Part shown: piece after piece, positions 50,676-60,075 of the stretch
Layout of the letters: every line of letters starts with the position of its first letter
Position numbering within the stretch: the first letter of the stretch is position 1
DNA from: a bacterium
GTDB taxonomy: Bacteria > Auribacterota > UBA6266
Direction: 5' to 3'
DNA: 64,000 bases
Assembly: GCA_023228325.1 (NCBI GenBank)
Contig: JALOBK010000001.1
Location: 1,667,744 to 1,731,743 of the forward strand
Position numbers and translations under genes: made by a program
Notes under the pieces: model-generated
What the model was told of the DNA's origin: nothing
What the model saw: the letters and a program-made list of their open reading frames with translations, nothing else
Databases searched by the model: none

Positions 50676-51548
50676 AAGTCTTTTCTGCACGGGAGTATCC
50701 GCGTAGCAGTAATGCCCGAGCGTCTCATAATTTTCAAGTATAACGGGAGGGCATTTGATTTTCGATTTAAGAACCATCGATTTCAGTTGCAGGATATTGG
50801 CAAGGGCTTTTCCCTCATAATGGTTGTTTCCTACCGCGTACCCGCGCGATATATCCGGATGCGATAATCCGTCAGCGAACGGACGCAACTCTGATTCTGA
50901 ATATAAATAATCGTACCTTTCATCTCTGCCGGATTTTTCGCTGAACCAGTTTTCTTTATTCCTTCCATGCAGCCGAAGGTAAAGGATCATGCTTCCGCCA
51001 TGGAACCGGGGTTTAATGTTTAATGATTTTTCGGGCTGGTCTATAGTCGCTATGCCTGCGCTGTTTTCACAGAGGAACGATTCCGCGTCCCCGCAGTCCC
51101 ATGAATTATGCCTTATTTCCATTACAACATCATAATCATGGAAAGTTTTAGTTATTTTTTCGGCTTTAAGCCTGTTTTCTTTTGTGAAGTGGAAAGAATA
51201 CGGGAATTGCGCGAGCAGGCAGGCGAATTTCCCATTGTTTTTCAGGGCGTCCAAAAATTTTTTCACTGCGGATATGCTGCCTTCAGCGGGAAAATTTATG
51301 TTATGGGTGAAATCCTTATGCAGTTTTGCGGAGAACAGAAACCCGCTTTTATCTTTTACGGAGTTACTCCAGTTGTTTGCGTTCATTACGGACGGGTAAC
51401 TGTAAAAAGAGCTGTTGATTTCAATGAAATCCACGAAATTTGAAAGATATCTTAACCTGTCGAAATTACCGGGTATCTGCGGAGGATAAACCTTTCCTTT
51501 CCAATCAGGATATGACCATCCGGCGGTTCCGAAAAACATTTTTTTCAT
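50670..51548 (-). CDS. DUF72 (YecE-like) family protein
   Basis: The N-terminal FGTAGWSYPDWKGKVYP matches the DUF72 signature GTSGWSYxxW. Confidence 0.7.
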   Translation of the reverse strand: MKKMFFGTAGWSYPDWKGKVYPPQIPGNFDRLRYLSNFVDFIEINSSFYSYPSVMNANNWSNSVKDKSGFLFSAKLHKDFTHNINFPAEGSISAVKKFLDALKNNGKFACLLAQFPYSFHFTKENRLKAEKITKTFHDYDVVMEIRHNSWDCGDAESFLCENSAGIATIDQPEKSLNIKPRFHGGSMILYLRLHGRNKENWFSEKSGRDERYDYLYSESELRPFADGLSHPDISRGYAVGNNHYEGKALANILQLKSMVLKSKIKCPPVILENYETLGHYCYADTPVQKRLL

Positions 51549-51628
51549 TTGTTTATTATCATATATTAAAAAACAGGATATAAAAAACTATTTTTTCTAA
51601 ATAGGTTATTATAAAATATCTGCTTAAA

Positions 51629-52327
51629 ATGACATGGTTTAAGAATATCTGTATTTCTTTCATAAAAATACTGATTGCAGTGGCGTTGACACCGCTTGCC
51701 TGCGGCCTTTCAGTAGCCTTATATAAGTCTGTATCCACGTATTTCGACGTTTACAGCCTGATGCCGTTCGTTTTCGGGTTTTTTTCATACCTGCTGATAT
51801 ACGCTGTTTTACAACAGCCCATAAGGACTTATGTTTTTACTCATGAATTAGTCCATGTTATATGGGTTTTTCTGTTCGGGGGAAAAGTAAAGGGCTTTAA
51901 GCTGCATAAGAACGGCGGAAGCGTAAAAGTCACAAAAAGCAATTTTGTCATAGAATTGGCCCCGTATTTTTTTCCCCTTTATTGTGTGCTTGTCATATTC
52001 CTGTATTTGTTTCTGGATATCTTCTTTGAAATGAAACCTTATTGGAAGTTGATGTCTTTTCTTGTGGGTTTCATGTGGGCTTTCCATTTTACTATCACGC
52101 TTTATGTCCTTACAAAAGAACAGACGGATTTTCAGGGCCCGGGAGTTGTCCTGTCGCTTGTTATAGTATATATATCCAATGTAGTGATATTATCTCTTAT
52201 GTTATGTTTTCTGTCCAAATCAACTTCATTTGGAAGTTTTTTCCGGGATTCGATGGAGTACAGCGTTAAAAGTTACGGCCAATTTATAAATGCATGCAGC
52301 CAATTATTTGAAAGGACAAAATTATGA
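51629..52327 (+). CDS. polytopic membrane protein with HExxH motif (putative zincin-like metalloprotease, DUF3267-like)
   Basis: THELVHVIW lies within a TM segment. Six predicted TM helices. Confidence 0.45.
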   Translation: MTWFKNICISFIKILIAVALTPLACGLSVALYKSVSTYFDVYSLMPFVFGFFSYLLIYAVLQQPIRTYVFTHELVHVIWVFLFGGKVKGFKLHKNGGSVKVTKSNFVIELAPYFFPLYCVLVIFLYLFLDIFFEMKPYWKLMSFLVGFMWAFHFTITLYVLTKEQTDFQGPGVVLSLVIVYISNVVILSLMLCFLSKSTSFGSFFRDSMEYSVKSYGQFINACSQLFERTKL

Positions 52328-52863
52328 GACGCCGGACATGGTTGATTATTATATTTTTACTGGTTTTTCTGGCTTCGGGCCGGAACGCGTATTCAGAGAA
52401 GAAAGTTATTACCCTCGATGATTTAAAAAACCGTTTCGGCAATAAAGAGGCCGAAGCTAAAAACAGCGGCAATGAGCCGATCACGGTAAGCAGTGTTTTG
52501 AAAAAAGTGGACCCGGGGGAGTCAAACCGGATATATGTAAAATTCAGGATAAGGGCAAAGGGATGGCATGAGGTCAAACTGAGAGCGGCTACGCTTGATG
52601 CCGATATGAAAGTGCTGGAGGTGCTGGATAACGGGTCTGCCGACGACAAGGTTGTTTCTGACAGCTGGATAAACGGCAACCAGCTTAAAGGCGGACATAC
52701 ATACGCTTTTGAATTCCCTTATACCAGGAATTACAAGTATGCCGTTGTTGAGGTAACATTTGGCGAAAGGGAAGAGAAGAAAGTCATCAAAAAGGCTTCA
52801 ACCTCCAAGGTTAATGTGGAGGAAATAACAATTCCGGAAGCCGGAGGAGGGACCGGAGAGTGA
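52324..52863 (+). CDS. hypothetical secreted protein
   Basis: Signal peptide. Overlaps its neighbours on both sides (translationally coupled). Confidence 0.4.
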   Translation: MRRRTWLIIIFLLVFLASGRNAYSEKKVITLDDLKNRFGNKEAEAKNSGNEPITVSSVLKKVDPGESNRIYVKFRIRAKGWHEVKLRAATLDADMKVLEVLDNGSADDKVVSDSWINGNQLKGGHTYAFEFPYTRNYKYAVVEVTFGEREEKKVIKKASTSKVNVEEITIPEAGGGTGE

Positions 52864-54395
52864 ACGCCGAAATAGAGACGATTATTGATATTCCCTGCAG
52901 GAATGCCGGCGGGTTGTTCTCCGGGACCGCGTACAGGTTCGGGAAAAGGAAGTACACTTATAAAAAACTCGACCGCTTATCGGATAAATTTGCTTCGGGC
53001 CTGGCTGCTAAAGTAGGCCTTTCGAAGGGGGATAGGGTGGCGCTGATTGCCGGTAACTGCCCGGAATATGTTGTAAGTTTTTTCGGCATTCTCAAGACGG
53101 CCTCCTGTATCGTGCCTATCAACAATTTCCTTGTCGCCGACGAAATAAAATATATCCTTTCGGATTCCAAAGCCAGAGCGGTCATTACGGGCGTTAAATA
53201 TTACGATGTTGTCAGGAAAGCCGTCATGCAGATGGAAAACAGGCCTGCGGTTATTGTCATAGGGAACTGCGTCAAAGAAGACAGGGACATAGATTACAGA
53301 TCGCTTTTCAAAAGCGGGCGCTTCAGGGAAACAAAGGTTATGCCCGATGATGCGGCCGTCATAATATATACCTCCGGCACTACAGGTTTTCCAAAAGGCG
53401 CTATCCTGAGCCATTATAACCTGGTTTCCAATGTTAAAGACTGCCTGGATGTGCTTCACGTCGGGAAAAAGGACAGGATTGTCGTTGTCCTTCCTCTTTT
53501 TCATTCATTCACCATAACCGTCTGTATGTTGACCCCTCTGTTTGCGGGGGCTTCATTTATTCTTCTCGAATCAGTCAGGCCTTTCCACAGGGTTATAAGG
53601 GCTATTATACTGGGCAGGGTGACCGGGTTTGTGGGCATACCTCAGATATTTCATCTGCTGTCGGATAAAAAAATTCCGTGGCTTGTAAGAAAGATATTAA
53701 AGATAAGGTTTTGTATTTCAGGTTCGGCCCCGCTGTCCGAGGAAGTGCTTAAGAATTTCGAAAAAAATACAGGCCTGCCTCTGATGGAAGGCTACGGCCT
53801 GTCGGAAGCTTCCCCCGTGGTTTCCGTTAATCCTTTGCGCGGAGAAAGGAAAGTAGGTTCTGTGGGCCTGCCGTTAAAAAATGTCAGCATAAAGATTGTC
53901 GACGATGATGAAAAAGAACTGCCTCCCGGCGAGATAGGGGAAATTATCGTTAAGGGGCCTAACGTGATGAAAGGTTATCTGAACCTTGAAGAAGAGACTG
54001 CAAAAGCCATAAGAGGCGGCTGGCTGTTCACGGGCGATATAGGCAAGGTGGATAAAGACGGCTATATTTATATAATAGACAGGAAAAAGGATATGATCCT
54101 TTCCCACGGCTTGAATGTTTATCCGAGAGAAGTAGAGCAGGTGTTATATCAGCACCCTTCCGTAAGAGATGCGGCCGTTGTGGGTGTGAAAGATAAGCAC
54201 AGGGGTGAGAAAGCGGTGGCCTTTGTCACTTTGAGGGACGGCTTCCGCGCCGGGCCCGGGGAACTTGTAAAATTCTGCAAGGGGAAATTAGCTCCTTACA
54301 AGATCCCTCATACGATCAGGATAGAAAAAGAGCTTCCGCGGACGCCCACGGGTAAGATATTGAAAAAAGATATCAAGGCGCTGATGGAAAAATAA
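52860..54395 (+). CDS. long-chain-fatty-acid--CoA ligase (AMP-binding enzyme)
   Basis: AMP-binding motif IIYTSGTTGFPKGA. Also GYGLSE and GWLFTGDIG...YIIDRKKDMI. GTG start. Confidence 0.85.
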   Translation: MNAEIETIIDIPCRNAGGLFSGTAYRFGKRKYTYKKLDRLSDKFASGLAAKVGLSKGDRVALIAGNCPEYVVSFFGILKTASCIVPINNFLVADEIKYILSDSKARAVITGVKYYDVVRKAVMQMENRPAVIVIGNCVKEDRDIDYRSLFKSGRFRETKVMPDDAAVIIYTSGTTGFPKGAILSHYNLVSNVKDCLDVLHVGKKDRIVVVLPLFHSFTITVCMLTPLFAGASFILLESVRPFHRVIRAIILGRVTGFVGIPQIFHLLSDKKIPWLVRKILKIRFCISGSAPLSEEVLKNFEKNTGLPLMEGYGLSEASPVVSVNPLRGERKVGSVGLPLKNVSIKIVDDDEKELPPGEIGEIIVKGPNVMKGYLNLEEETAKAIRGGWLFTGDIGKVDKDGYIYIIDRKKDMILSHGLNVYPREVEQVLYQHPSVRDAAVVGVKDKHRGEKAVAFVTLRDGFRAGPGELVKFCKGKLAPYKIPHTIRIEKELPRTPTGKILKKDIKALMEK

Positions 54396-54436
54396 TGTTT
54401 TTATTGACAAAAACTGTATAGCATTATATTCTGCAG

Positions 54437-54545
54437 AAAGTGGTGATTTAAGCTACAACTTGCGACCACATAAAATAAGCGCTAAAGCGTAGGTTTAACG
54501 GTTTTTTAGACCTGGTGCTTTACGCATCAGGTTTTTTTATGTAAA
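54437..54545 (+). promoter_or_regulatory. structured metXW leader with intrinsic terminator (candidate SAM-responsive riboswitch/attenuator)
   Basis: Promoter-like TTGACA at 54404 with TATATT at 54425. Stem GTGGT...ACCAC, AAGCU/AAAGCG elements, and a terminator ACCTGGTG-CTTTA-CGCATCAGGT plus T7 immediately before the metX start. Confidence 0.45.
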
Positions 54546-55733
54546 ATGTTGAAAGGCGTGAACGAGATGGAAGCAAACGGCGGAAAACAATCAGTGGGCC
54601 TGGTAAAGCCCGAAACAGTTACATTCGATTCGCTTGAATTGGAATGCGGCAGAAAACTGTCTCCTGTCGATGTCTGCTATGAAACATACGGCAAACTTAA
54701 TTCCCGTAAAGATAATGCTGTGCTGGTTGCGCATGCCCTTTCGGGAGACGCTCATGCCGCCGGCTTGCATTCCGCGGACGATAAAAAGCCCGGCTGGTGG
54801 GATATCTTTATCGGGCCCGGAAAAGCGATAGATACGGATAAATATTTTGTTATTTGTTCGAATATTATAGGCGGGTGCAAAGGCTCGTCAGGGCCGGGTT
54901 CAATAAATAAAAAAAATAACAAACCGTACGGCACAACTTTCCCGCCTATTACCGTAAGGGATATGGTTAATGTCCAGAAGCGCTTAATCGACCATCTGGG
55001 CATAAAGAATATTCTGGCCGTTATAGGAGGTTCCCTCGGCGGAATGCAGGTCCTTCAATGGGCTGTAGATTATCCTGCAGTGGTCAAATCCGCGATTGTC
55101 ATAGCTTCGACCGCCAAGCTCAGCGCCCAGGGCATCGCCTTTAACGCGGTGGGAAGAGAAGCTATTACTTCGGACCCCAACTGGTTTAAAGGCGATTATT
55201 ATGATAAAGGCAAAAATCCCGAGAAGGGATTGGCCATAGCGAGGATGATAGGCCATATTACCTATTTAAGCGAGGATGCGATAGAACAGAAATTCGGCCG
55301 GAAGACAAAAGCTGATAAAGACGCTGTTAACGGGGATTCTCCCGCCATGGTTGATTTTACCCAGGATGAGTATGAGATTGAAAGTTATCTCTCATACCAG
55401 GGAGATTCTTTCGTTAAACGGTTTGACGCCAATTCATATCTTTATATATCTAAAGCAATGGACGCGTTTGACCTGTATCGGGACTACGGCAGCCTTGAAA
55501 ATGCGTTTAAGGATGTTAAATCCGGGTTTCTAATAGTTTCTTATACGTCGGATTGGCTTTTTCCTACATGGCAGTCAAAAGAGATAGTTAAAGCTTTAAA
55601 AGCCAATAACATTTCTGTGACTTATTACAATATCAAATCCGAAAGCGGGCACGACTCCTTTCTTGTTGAAAAAGAGATAGGCGAACTGGAAGAAGTTGTT
55701 TCTCCGTTTCTGGATAATATCAGGGGCAGATAA
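54546..55733 (+). CDS. metX: homoserine O-acetyltransferase
   Basis: Alpha/beta hydrolase with GGSLGGMQ (nucleophile Ser) and the conserved MetX core. It may start at ATG 54567. Followed by metW. Confidence 0.85.
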   Translation: MLKGVNEMEANGGKQSVGLVKPETVTFDSLELECGRKLSPVDVCYETYGKLNSRKDNAVLVAHALSGDAHAAGLHSADDKKPGWWDIFIGPGKAIDTDKYFVICSNIIGGCKGSSGPGSINKKNNKPYGTTFPPITVRDMVNVQKRLIDHLGIKNILAVIGGSLGGMQVLQWAVDYPAVVKSAIVIASTAKLSAQGIAFNAVGREAITSDPNWFKGDYYDKGKNPEKGLAIARMIGHITYLSEDAIEQKFGRKTKADKDAVNGDSPAMVDFTQDEYEIESYLSYQGDSFVKRFDANSYLYISKAMDAFDLYRDYGSLENAFKDVKSGFLIVSYTSDWLFPTWQSKEIVKALKANNISVTYYNIKSESGHDSFLVEKEIGELEEVVSPFLDNIRGR

Positions 55734-56326
55734 TGGAAACTTTAAGAAAAGACCATCAGATAATCGCTTCGTTGATTGATAAGGGGAGCAAAGTCCTTGA
55801 CCTTGGCTGCGGGGACGGGTCTCTGCTAAAAAAACTTTCCGAGTTGAAAAACGCGAGCATCCAGGGCGTGGAAATCGACCCCGACAAGATAAAGGAATGT
55901 TCCAAGGCCGGTGTTCCCGTAATCCATACCGATATCGATGAAGGGCTTTCCGATTATCCCGATAAATCGTATGATTTTGTCATATGTTCCCAGACTCTCC
56001 AGGCTGTGCATAAGCCCAAAAAAGTCCTTGATGAAATATTGAGAGTCGGCAAAAAGGGTATAGTCATTTTCCCCAATTTCGGCCATTGGAAAATACGCAG
56101 AATGCTGTTTTTCGGCGGGATAATGCCCCGGTCGAACGAACTGCCTTACAACTGGTATGATTCTCCCAATATCCATCATCTGACTATCAAGGATTTTAAG
56201 AAATTCTGCGGGAACGAAGGTATTGCCATAGAAAGAGAATATTGTTTCAGGTCTCTGAATCAGGAAAGGTCAGGCCTTTTTCCGAACCTTCTTTGCAGGT
56301 TTGGGATGTTTGTGATATCCAGATAG
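55733..56326 (+). CDS. metW: methionine biosynthesis protein MetW
   Basis: Matches MetW (DHQIIASLIDKGSKVLDLGCGDGSLL). Start overlaps the metX stop. Confidence 0.8.
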   Translation: METLRKDHQIIASLIDKGSKVLDLGCGDGSLLKKLSELKNASIQGVEIDPDKIKECSKAGVPVIHTDIDEGLSDYPDKSYDFVICSQTLQAVHKPKKVLDEILRVGKKGIVIFPNFGHWKIRRMLFFGGIMPRSNELPYNWYDSPNIHHLTIKDFKKFCGNEGIAIEREYCFRSLNQERSGLFPNLLCRFGMFVISR

Positions 56327-56506
56327 GAAATGGCACTTTTTCGCAATCTTTTCGTCAGCCTTCAAAAATCCTTGTGCGTTCCGCCGTTGGCGGGACTCCA
56401 ATGCAGTCCTGAAAGAAATATTCGCCTTCCTTGACCTTGCAGAAAAATTACTCATTTTCGGGAGTGGTGGTAGGGTATCGGTGATAAAAGATTCGTTTAA
56501 TTCCTA

Positions 56507-57100
56507 TTATTTTATAAATGGAAAAAGTTTTATTTCTTCGTTATCAACGTTTCTAAGTCTGATTGCTAATTCTTCTCCATCTTTCATTTTTCCTAAGAAA
56601 ACTACACCATTTAAAAGTCCATTTGGGGGGATTCTTTCATCTTTAATTTCTTTATACATATAATCATCTTCCATCCGCTGATTTGCCTTTGAAGATCCAA
56701 CACCATCAACTACAGCAGGAATTAAGAAAGGCCATATGAATACGCCAGCAACACCATAGGCAGTTGCTCTGCCGGCAGTGCTGAAACCACATTCATTTGC
56801 AACTTCCTCGGCAGGAACGGTATCTTTATTTAACATTCTTTTTTTAAATTCATATGTATTGGCCGTTCTGTTATCAATGAGGATGTATACAGGTTGATAA
56901 ACTCTGTATAATTTTTTGACACCAAAAACCTGTTTTGATTCTTTTGCATCAAAAAATTTTGCAGCTACCTTTAATCCATCTTGATCTTGGGCAGTGCTAT
57001 AAGAAGCAATATCTGAAGTAGGCAATCTTCCTGCACGATAACTTGCACAGCCGCTGATAATAGAACATAATAATAAAAGCAAAAACGAATGCTTCCTCAT
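56507..57100 (-). CDS. hypothetical lipoprotein (AT-rich islet)
   Basis: Signal peptide with lipobox IISGC. Visibly lower GC than flanking genes. Confidence 0.45.
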   Translation of the reverse strand: MRKHSFLLLLLCSIISGCASYRAGRLPTSDIASYSTAQDQDGLKVAAKFFDAKESKQVFGVKKLYRVYQPVYILIDNRTANTYEFKKRMLNKDTVPAEEVANECGFSTAGRATAYGVAGVFIWPFLIPAVVDGVGSSKANQRMEDDYMYKEIKDERIPPNGLLNGVVFLGKMKDGEELAIRLRNVDNEEIKLFPFIK

Positions 57101-57486
57101 AATCCCCCCTCTTTAAAACTAAAATGAGTATTGCATAAAGATGGTAATCTTCCATTAATGGAATGTCAATGAAATTTAAAATAGTAATTTCTTGGTATGC
57201 AGATAGTTATGTAATATAAATTTGTTAAAACAAATAAAAAGATTAAAAAAATGTGATAGAAATAAGCAAAGCTTTCCAAACTGGAACCTTATCTGAGAAG
57301 AAAAACTTAAAATTTTTCTGAATCTGAAATAAAGAGGTTGGTTAATTCATTTGAGGTTTAGAGTGCCGGTGATTAGGGTTGTATTATTGGGGGGATCAAA
57401 CTATAATAAATCAACTAACTGAAAGAAAAAAGTATCCAGAGTTTTTCCTATCCATAAAAAAGGGTAAAAGATATTTTTGGGTGATA

Positions 57487-58119
57487 ATGAATCTGAAATG
57501 CAAGATATTAAAACACCTCTTTTTTGTCTTAGTTATTTTTTATCCATATCTTCCTAATCTACAAGCAGAAACACATCAATTCGTGATAATAAGTTCCGAA
57601 GCTCCTGCAACTATAAGAGAATTGCCAAACGGAAGAGATTCTTTAGGGAAAATACCCCCAGGTAAAAAAGTAGAAATCTTCGAAGAAAAAACTGTAAGAA
57701 GCGGGCCTTTACTTGTTATTTGGTATAAAGTAAAAGCTAAAGGGAAATATGGATGGATTAGTCAATATGTGACTGAAGGGAATAAAATAATTGAAGATAC
57801 TGATAAGGTTGCAAGTGAGATAAAACGAATCCCTGGCGCGGATAAAGTGAGAGAAGGGCCATTTGGTGAAGAAGCCAAAAATAATTTTAAAGACTGGCTT
57901 TTAAATACTGGCGATGTAAAGTGGGTAAGATTAAAAAATGATTATAAAATCTATGTAAGACTTGATTCTTCTAAATATACATCAATTCATAATGTCAAAA
58001 ATATTGCCGCATATATAGCAAATGCTTACAGGAAACAAACCAATTACCAAAAGCCTATAGAGGTAATAGTTTTGGGGTCTAATAACGCAAAGATTTGGGC
58101 GGAATATAGATTGCCTTGA
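57487..58119 (+). CDS. secreted protein with bacterial SH3-like domain (AT-rich islet)
   Basis: Signal peptide from ATG 57487. GKKVEIFEEK...WYKVKAKGKYGWISQYV resembles SH3b. Confidence 0.4.
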   Translation: MNLKCKILKHLFFVLVIFYPYLPNLQAETHQFVIISSEAPATIRELPNGRDSLGKIPPGKKVEIFEEKTVRSGPLLVIWYKVKAKGKYGWISQYVTEGNKIIEDTDKVASEIKRIPGADKVREGPFGEEAKNNFKDWLLNTGDVKWVRLKNDYKIYVRLDSSKYTSIHNVKNIAAYIANAYRKQTNYQKPIEVIVLGSNNAKIWAEYRLP

Positions 58120-58180
58120 AAAATAGACTTAATTTTTTGACATTTGATATTAAAACAAGCATACGAATATTTTTAGAGAA

Positions 58181-59602
58181 ATGAGAATTACAGAATTTAC
58201 CAATCCGATAGAGTTCCAACGTTTTTGTTCACTGCTATTTTCGGCAGAAGATCATAATTTTCAAAGCATAGATGATAGCGGTGGTGATTTGGGGATAGAT
58301 GGATATATTGCTGATAGTAGAATATTTATGATTTATTGTCCTGAAAAACCGCAGAAAAATAATGACTCAAAAAATAAATCAAAAATTTCAAGTGATATTA
58401 AAAAAGCAGTCAAAACCATAAAATCTAAGAACTTGTCGGTTAATACACTAGTTTTTGTTACACCGATGAATTTGAGAACAGAAGTCATTTTGTATCTTGA
58501 AAAAGAAGCGTCGAACTATGGTTTTAAAAGCGTTTCTTATGGAGAGGATAAATTAACCGAATTAGCTGCCAAACATCCACACATTGTAAAACAATTTCCA
58601 TTGATGATTTTTCCAGATATAGAAGCAAAGATAGATAAGGTAAGGGAAAAAATGGATATTCGTTTTGATTGTTTAGAGAGATTAATCAATCCAGCGTTCC
58701 ATGATAAAAAGGGAGAAAAAAGTGTTTTTGTCATTGAGCCTCGTTTAGAAAAAGCTCTAAAAAGTTATGAAGATGGCGATGTTGATAAAGCCGTAACAAT
58801 ATCACGGGAAGTATATTATGAAACTTCCAATGACAGAGTTAAATTGCAAGCCATTATAAATATTGTAACAGGCCATTATGGATTGCGGGAGAATGTATCC
58901 GAGTTAATTCCAATGTGCGATGAGGGTATTAAGATAGCTGAAAAAGTTAAAAATCAATTAGCTAGATTGTCATTAATGGCACAAAAAGCTTTGCTGCTCT
59001 CTGATGAAAGAGATTTCTTATTATTAGATCGATACTTTATAGAACAAGTAGCTTATAAAACTGGCATTTTTAATGAAGCAGAGTATGAACATATAAATAA
59101 AAAAATTGGGAAAAATCAAGAAGATATTGAAAGTATATTACGAACTGTGATTGAAGATTCTCGTGCAAAAAAAATGTATAAGGCTTTAGCTAATATGTAT
59201 TTAATTAGTGGCTTAATGAATGCTAATAGTTATATTATTCTGGCGAAAACATATCCTGAAGTTGCAGGTTTTTGTGATAATAGATGTAAGACTGCTTTTA
59301 GTGAATCAAAAAAAATTTATGCTGCTCTAGGGGATGAAGAAGGAGTTGTTAATGTTACACATAATTTATCTAATCACTTGCGTTCAACGGGTGAGATAGA
59401 ATTAAGCAAGAAATATGCTAGAGAAGTTATTGCAAAAGCTAAAAGCAAAGGATATTTTTTGTTGGAACTTAAGGCATCGGAGTTATTATATGCATTGGAA
59501 CATACTACACCCGACTATTATAATATCCCACCGTCTCAATTCTTAGACAAGCTTAAGAAAAGAAGAGAGATGATATTAAAAAGTTTGAAAAATAAAAAGT
59601 AA
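58181..59602 (+). CDS. Mrr-like restriction-endonuclease-fold N-terminal domain fused to a large alpha-helical/TPR-like C-terminal domain (candidate defence or abortive-infection protein)
   Basis: N-terminal FQRFCSLLFSAEDHNFQSIDDSGGDLGIDGYIA...MIYCPEK parallels the Mrr_cat pattern FE.LV..LL...G......GDGGIDG...QCK. The C-terminal 300 aa are helical repeats. AT-rich codon usage. Confidence 0.45.
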   Translation: MRITEFTNPIEFQRFCSLLFSAEDHNFQSIDDSGGDLGIDGYIADSRIFMIYCPEKPQKNNDSKNKSKISSDIKKAVKTIKSKNLSVNTLVFVTPMNLRTEVILYLEKEASNYGFKSVSYGEDKLTELAAKHPHIVKQFPLMIFPDIEAKIDKVREKMDIRFDCLERLINPAFHDKKGEKSVFVIEPRLEKALKSYEDGDVDKAVTISREVYYETSNDRVKLQAIINIVTGHYGLRENVSELIPMCDEGIKIAEKVKNQLARLSLMAQKALLLSDERDFLLLDRYFIEQVAYKTGIFNEAEYEHINKKIGKNQEDIESILRTVIEDSRAKKMYKALANMYLISGLMNANSYIILAKTYPEVAGFCDNRCKTAFSESKKIYAALGDEEGVVNVTHNLSNHLRSTGEIELSKKYAREVIAKAKSKGYFLLELKASELLYALEHTTPDYYNIPPSQFLDKLKKRREMILKSLKNKK

Positions 59603-59824
59603 TCCTTAATAGTTAATACGAATTTTTGCTTGTTTTTTTGATTGTCATTATGTAAAATTCACTTCCTTAAGTTCCTGTTCTTTATAGACACAAATACGTA
59701 TGTAGTAAAAATTGTAGTAAAAGTTTGGCAAAACAGGGAATTTTGGGGAAGTGTTGGGAAATTGTAGAAGCCTTTAAAATTTGCTGTTTTACCGTCAATA
59801 AAATATAGTTCACGTCGTATCAAT

Positions 59825-59900
59825 GCCCCAATAGCTCAGTCGGCAGAGCAACTGACTCTTAATCAGTGGGTCCTAGGTTCGAGTCCTAGTTGGGGCACCA
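59825..59900 (+). tRNA. tRNA-Lys (anticodon CTT)
   Basis: GCCCCAATAGCTCAGTCGGCAGAGCAACTGACTCTTAATCAGTGGGTCCTAGGTTCGAGTCCTAGTTGGGGCACCA. Anticodon loop CTCTTAA, CCA encoded. Confidence 0.9.
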
Positions 59901-60075
59901 CTGAACCACACAGGGTTCAGTGCAAGCGCGAAACCACATAAAGTTTAGTGCAAGCGTTAGAAAAGGTTTCAAGGCATGTGTTTTTTTAATCCCCGCCTAA
60001 GGCGGGTAAATGTGTAAATCTGAGTTATCCCTGCCCGCCGAGGCTTTGTGGCGGGTGTGGTCAAAAATTAAAAGT

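Noticed and set aside
56327-59824. Classical integrated prophage or integrative element at tRNA-Lys
   Set aside because: No integrase, excisionase or direct repeat of the tRNA 3' end was found. Only the composition shift and hypothetical genes support an island, so it is reported as an islet.
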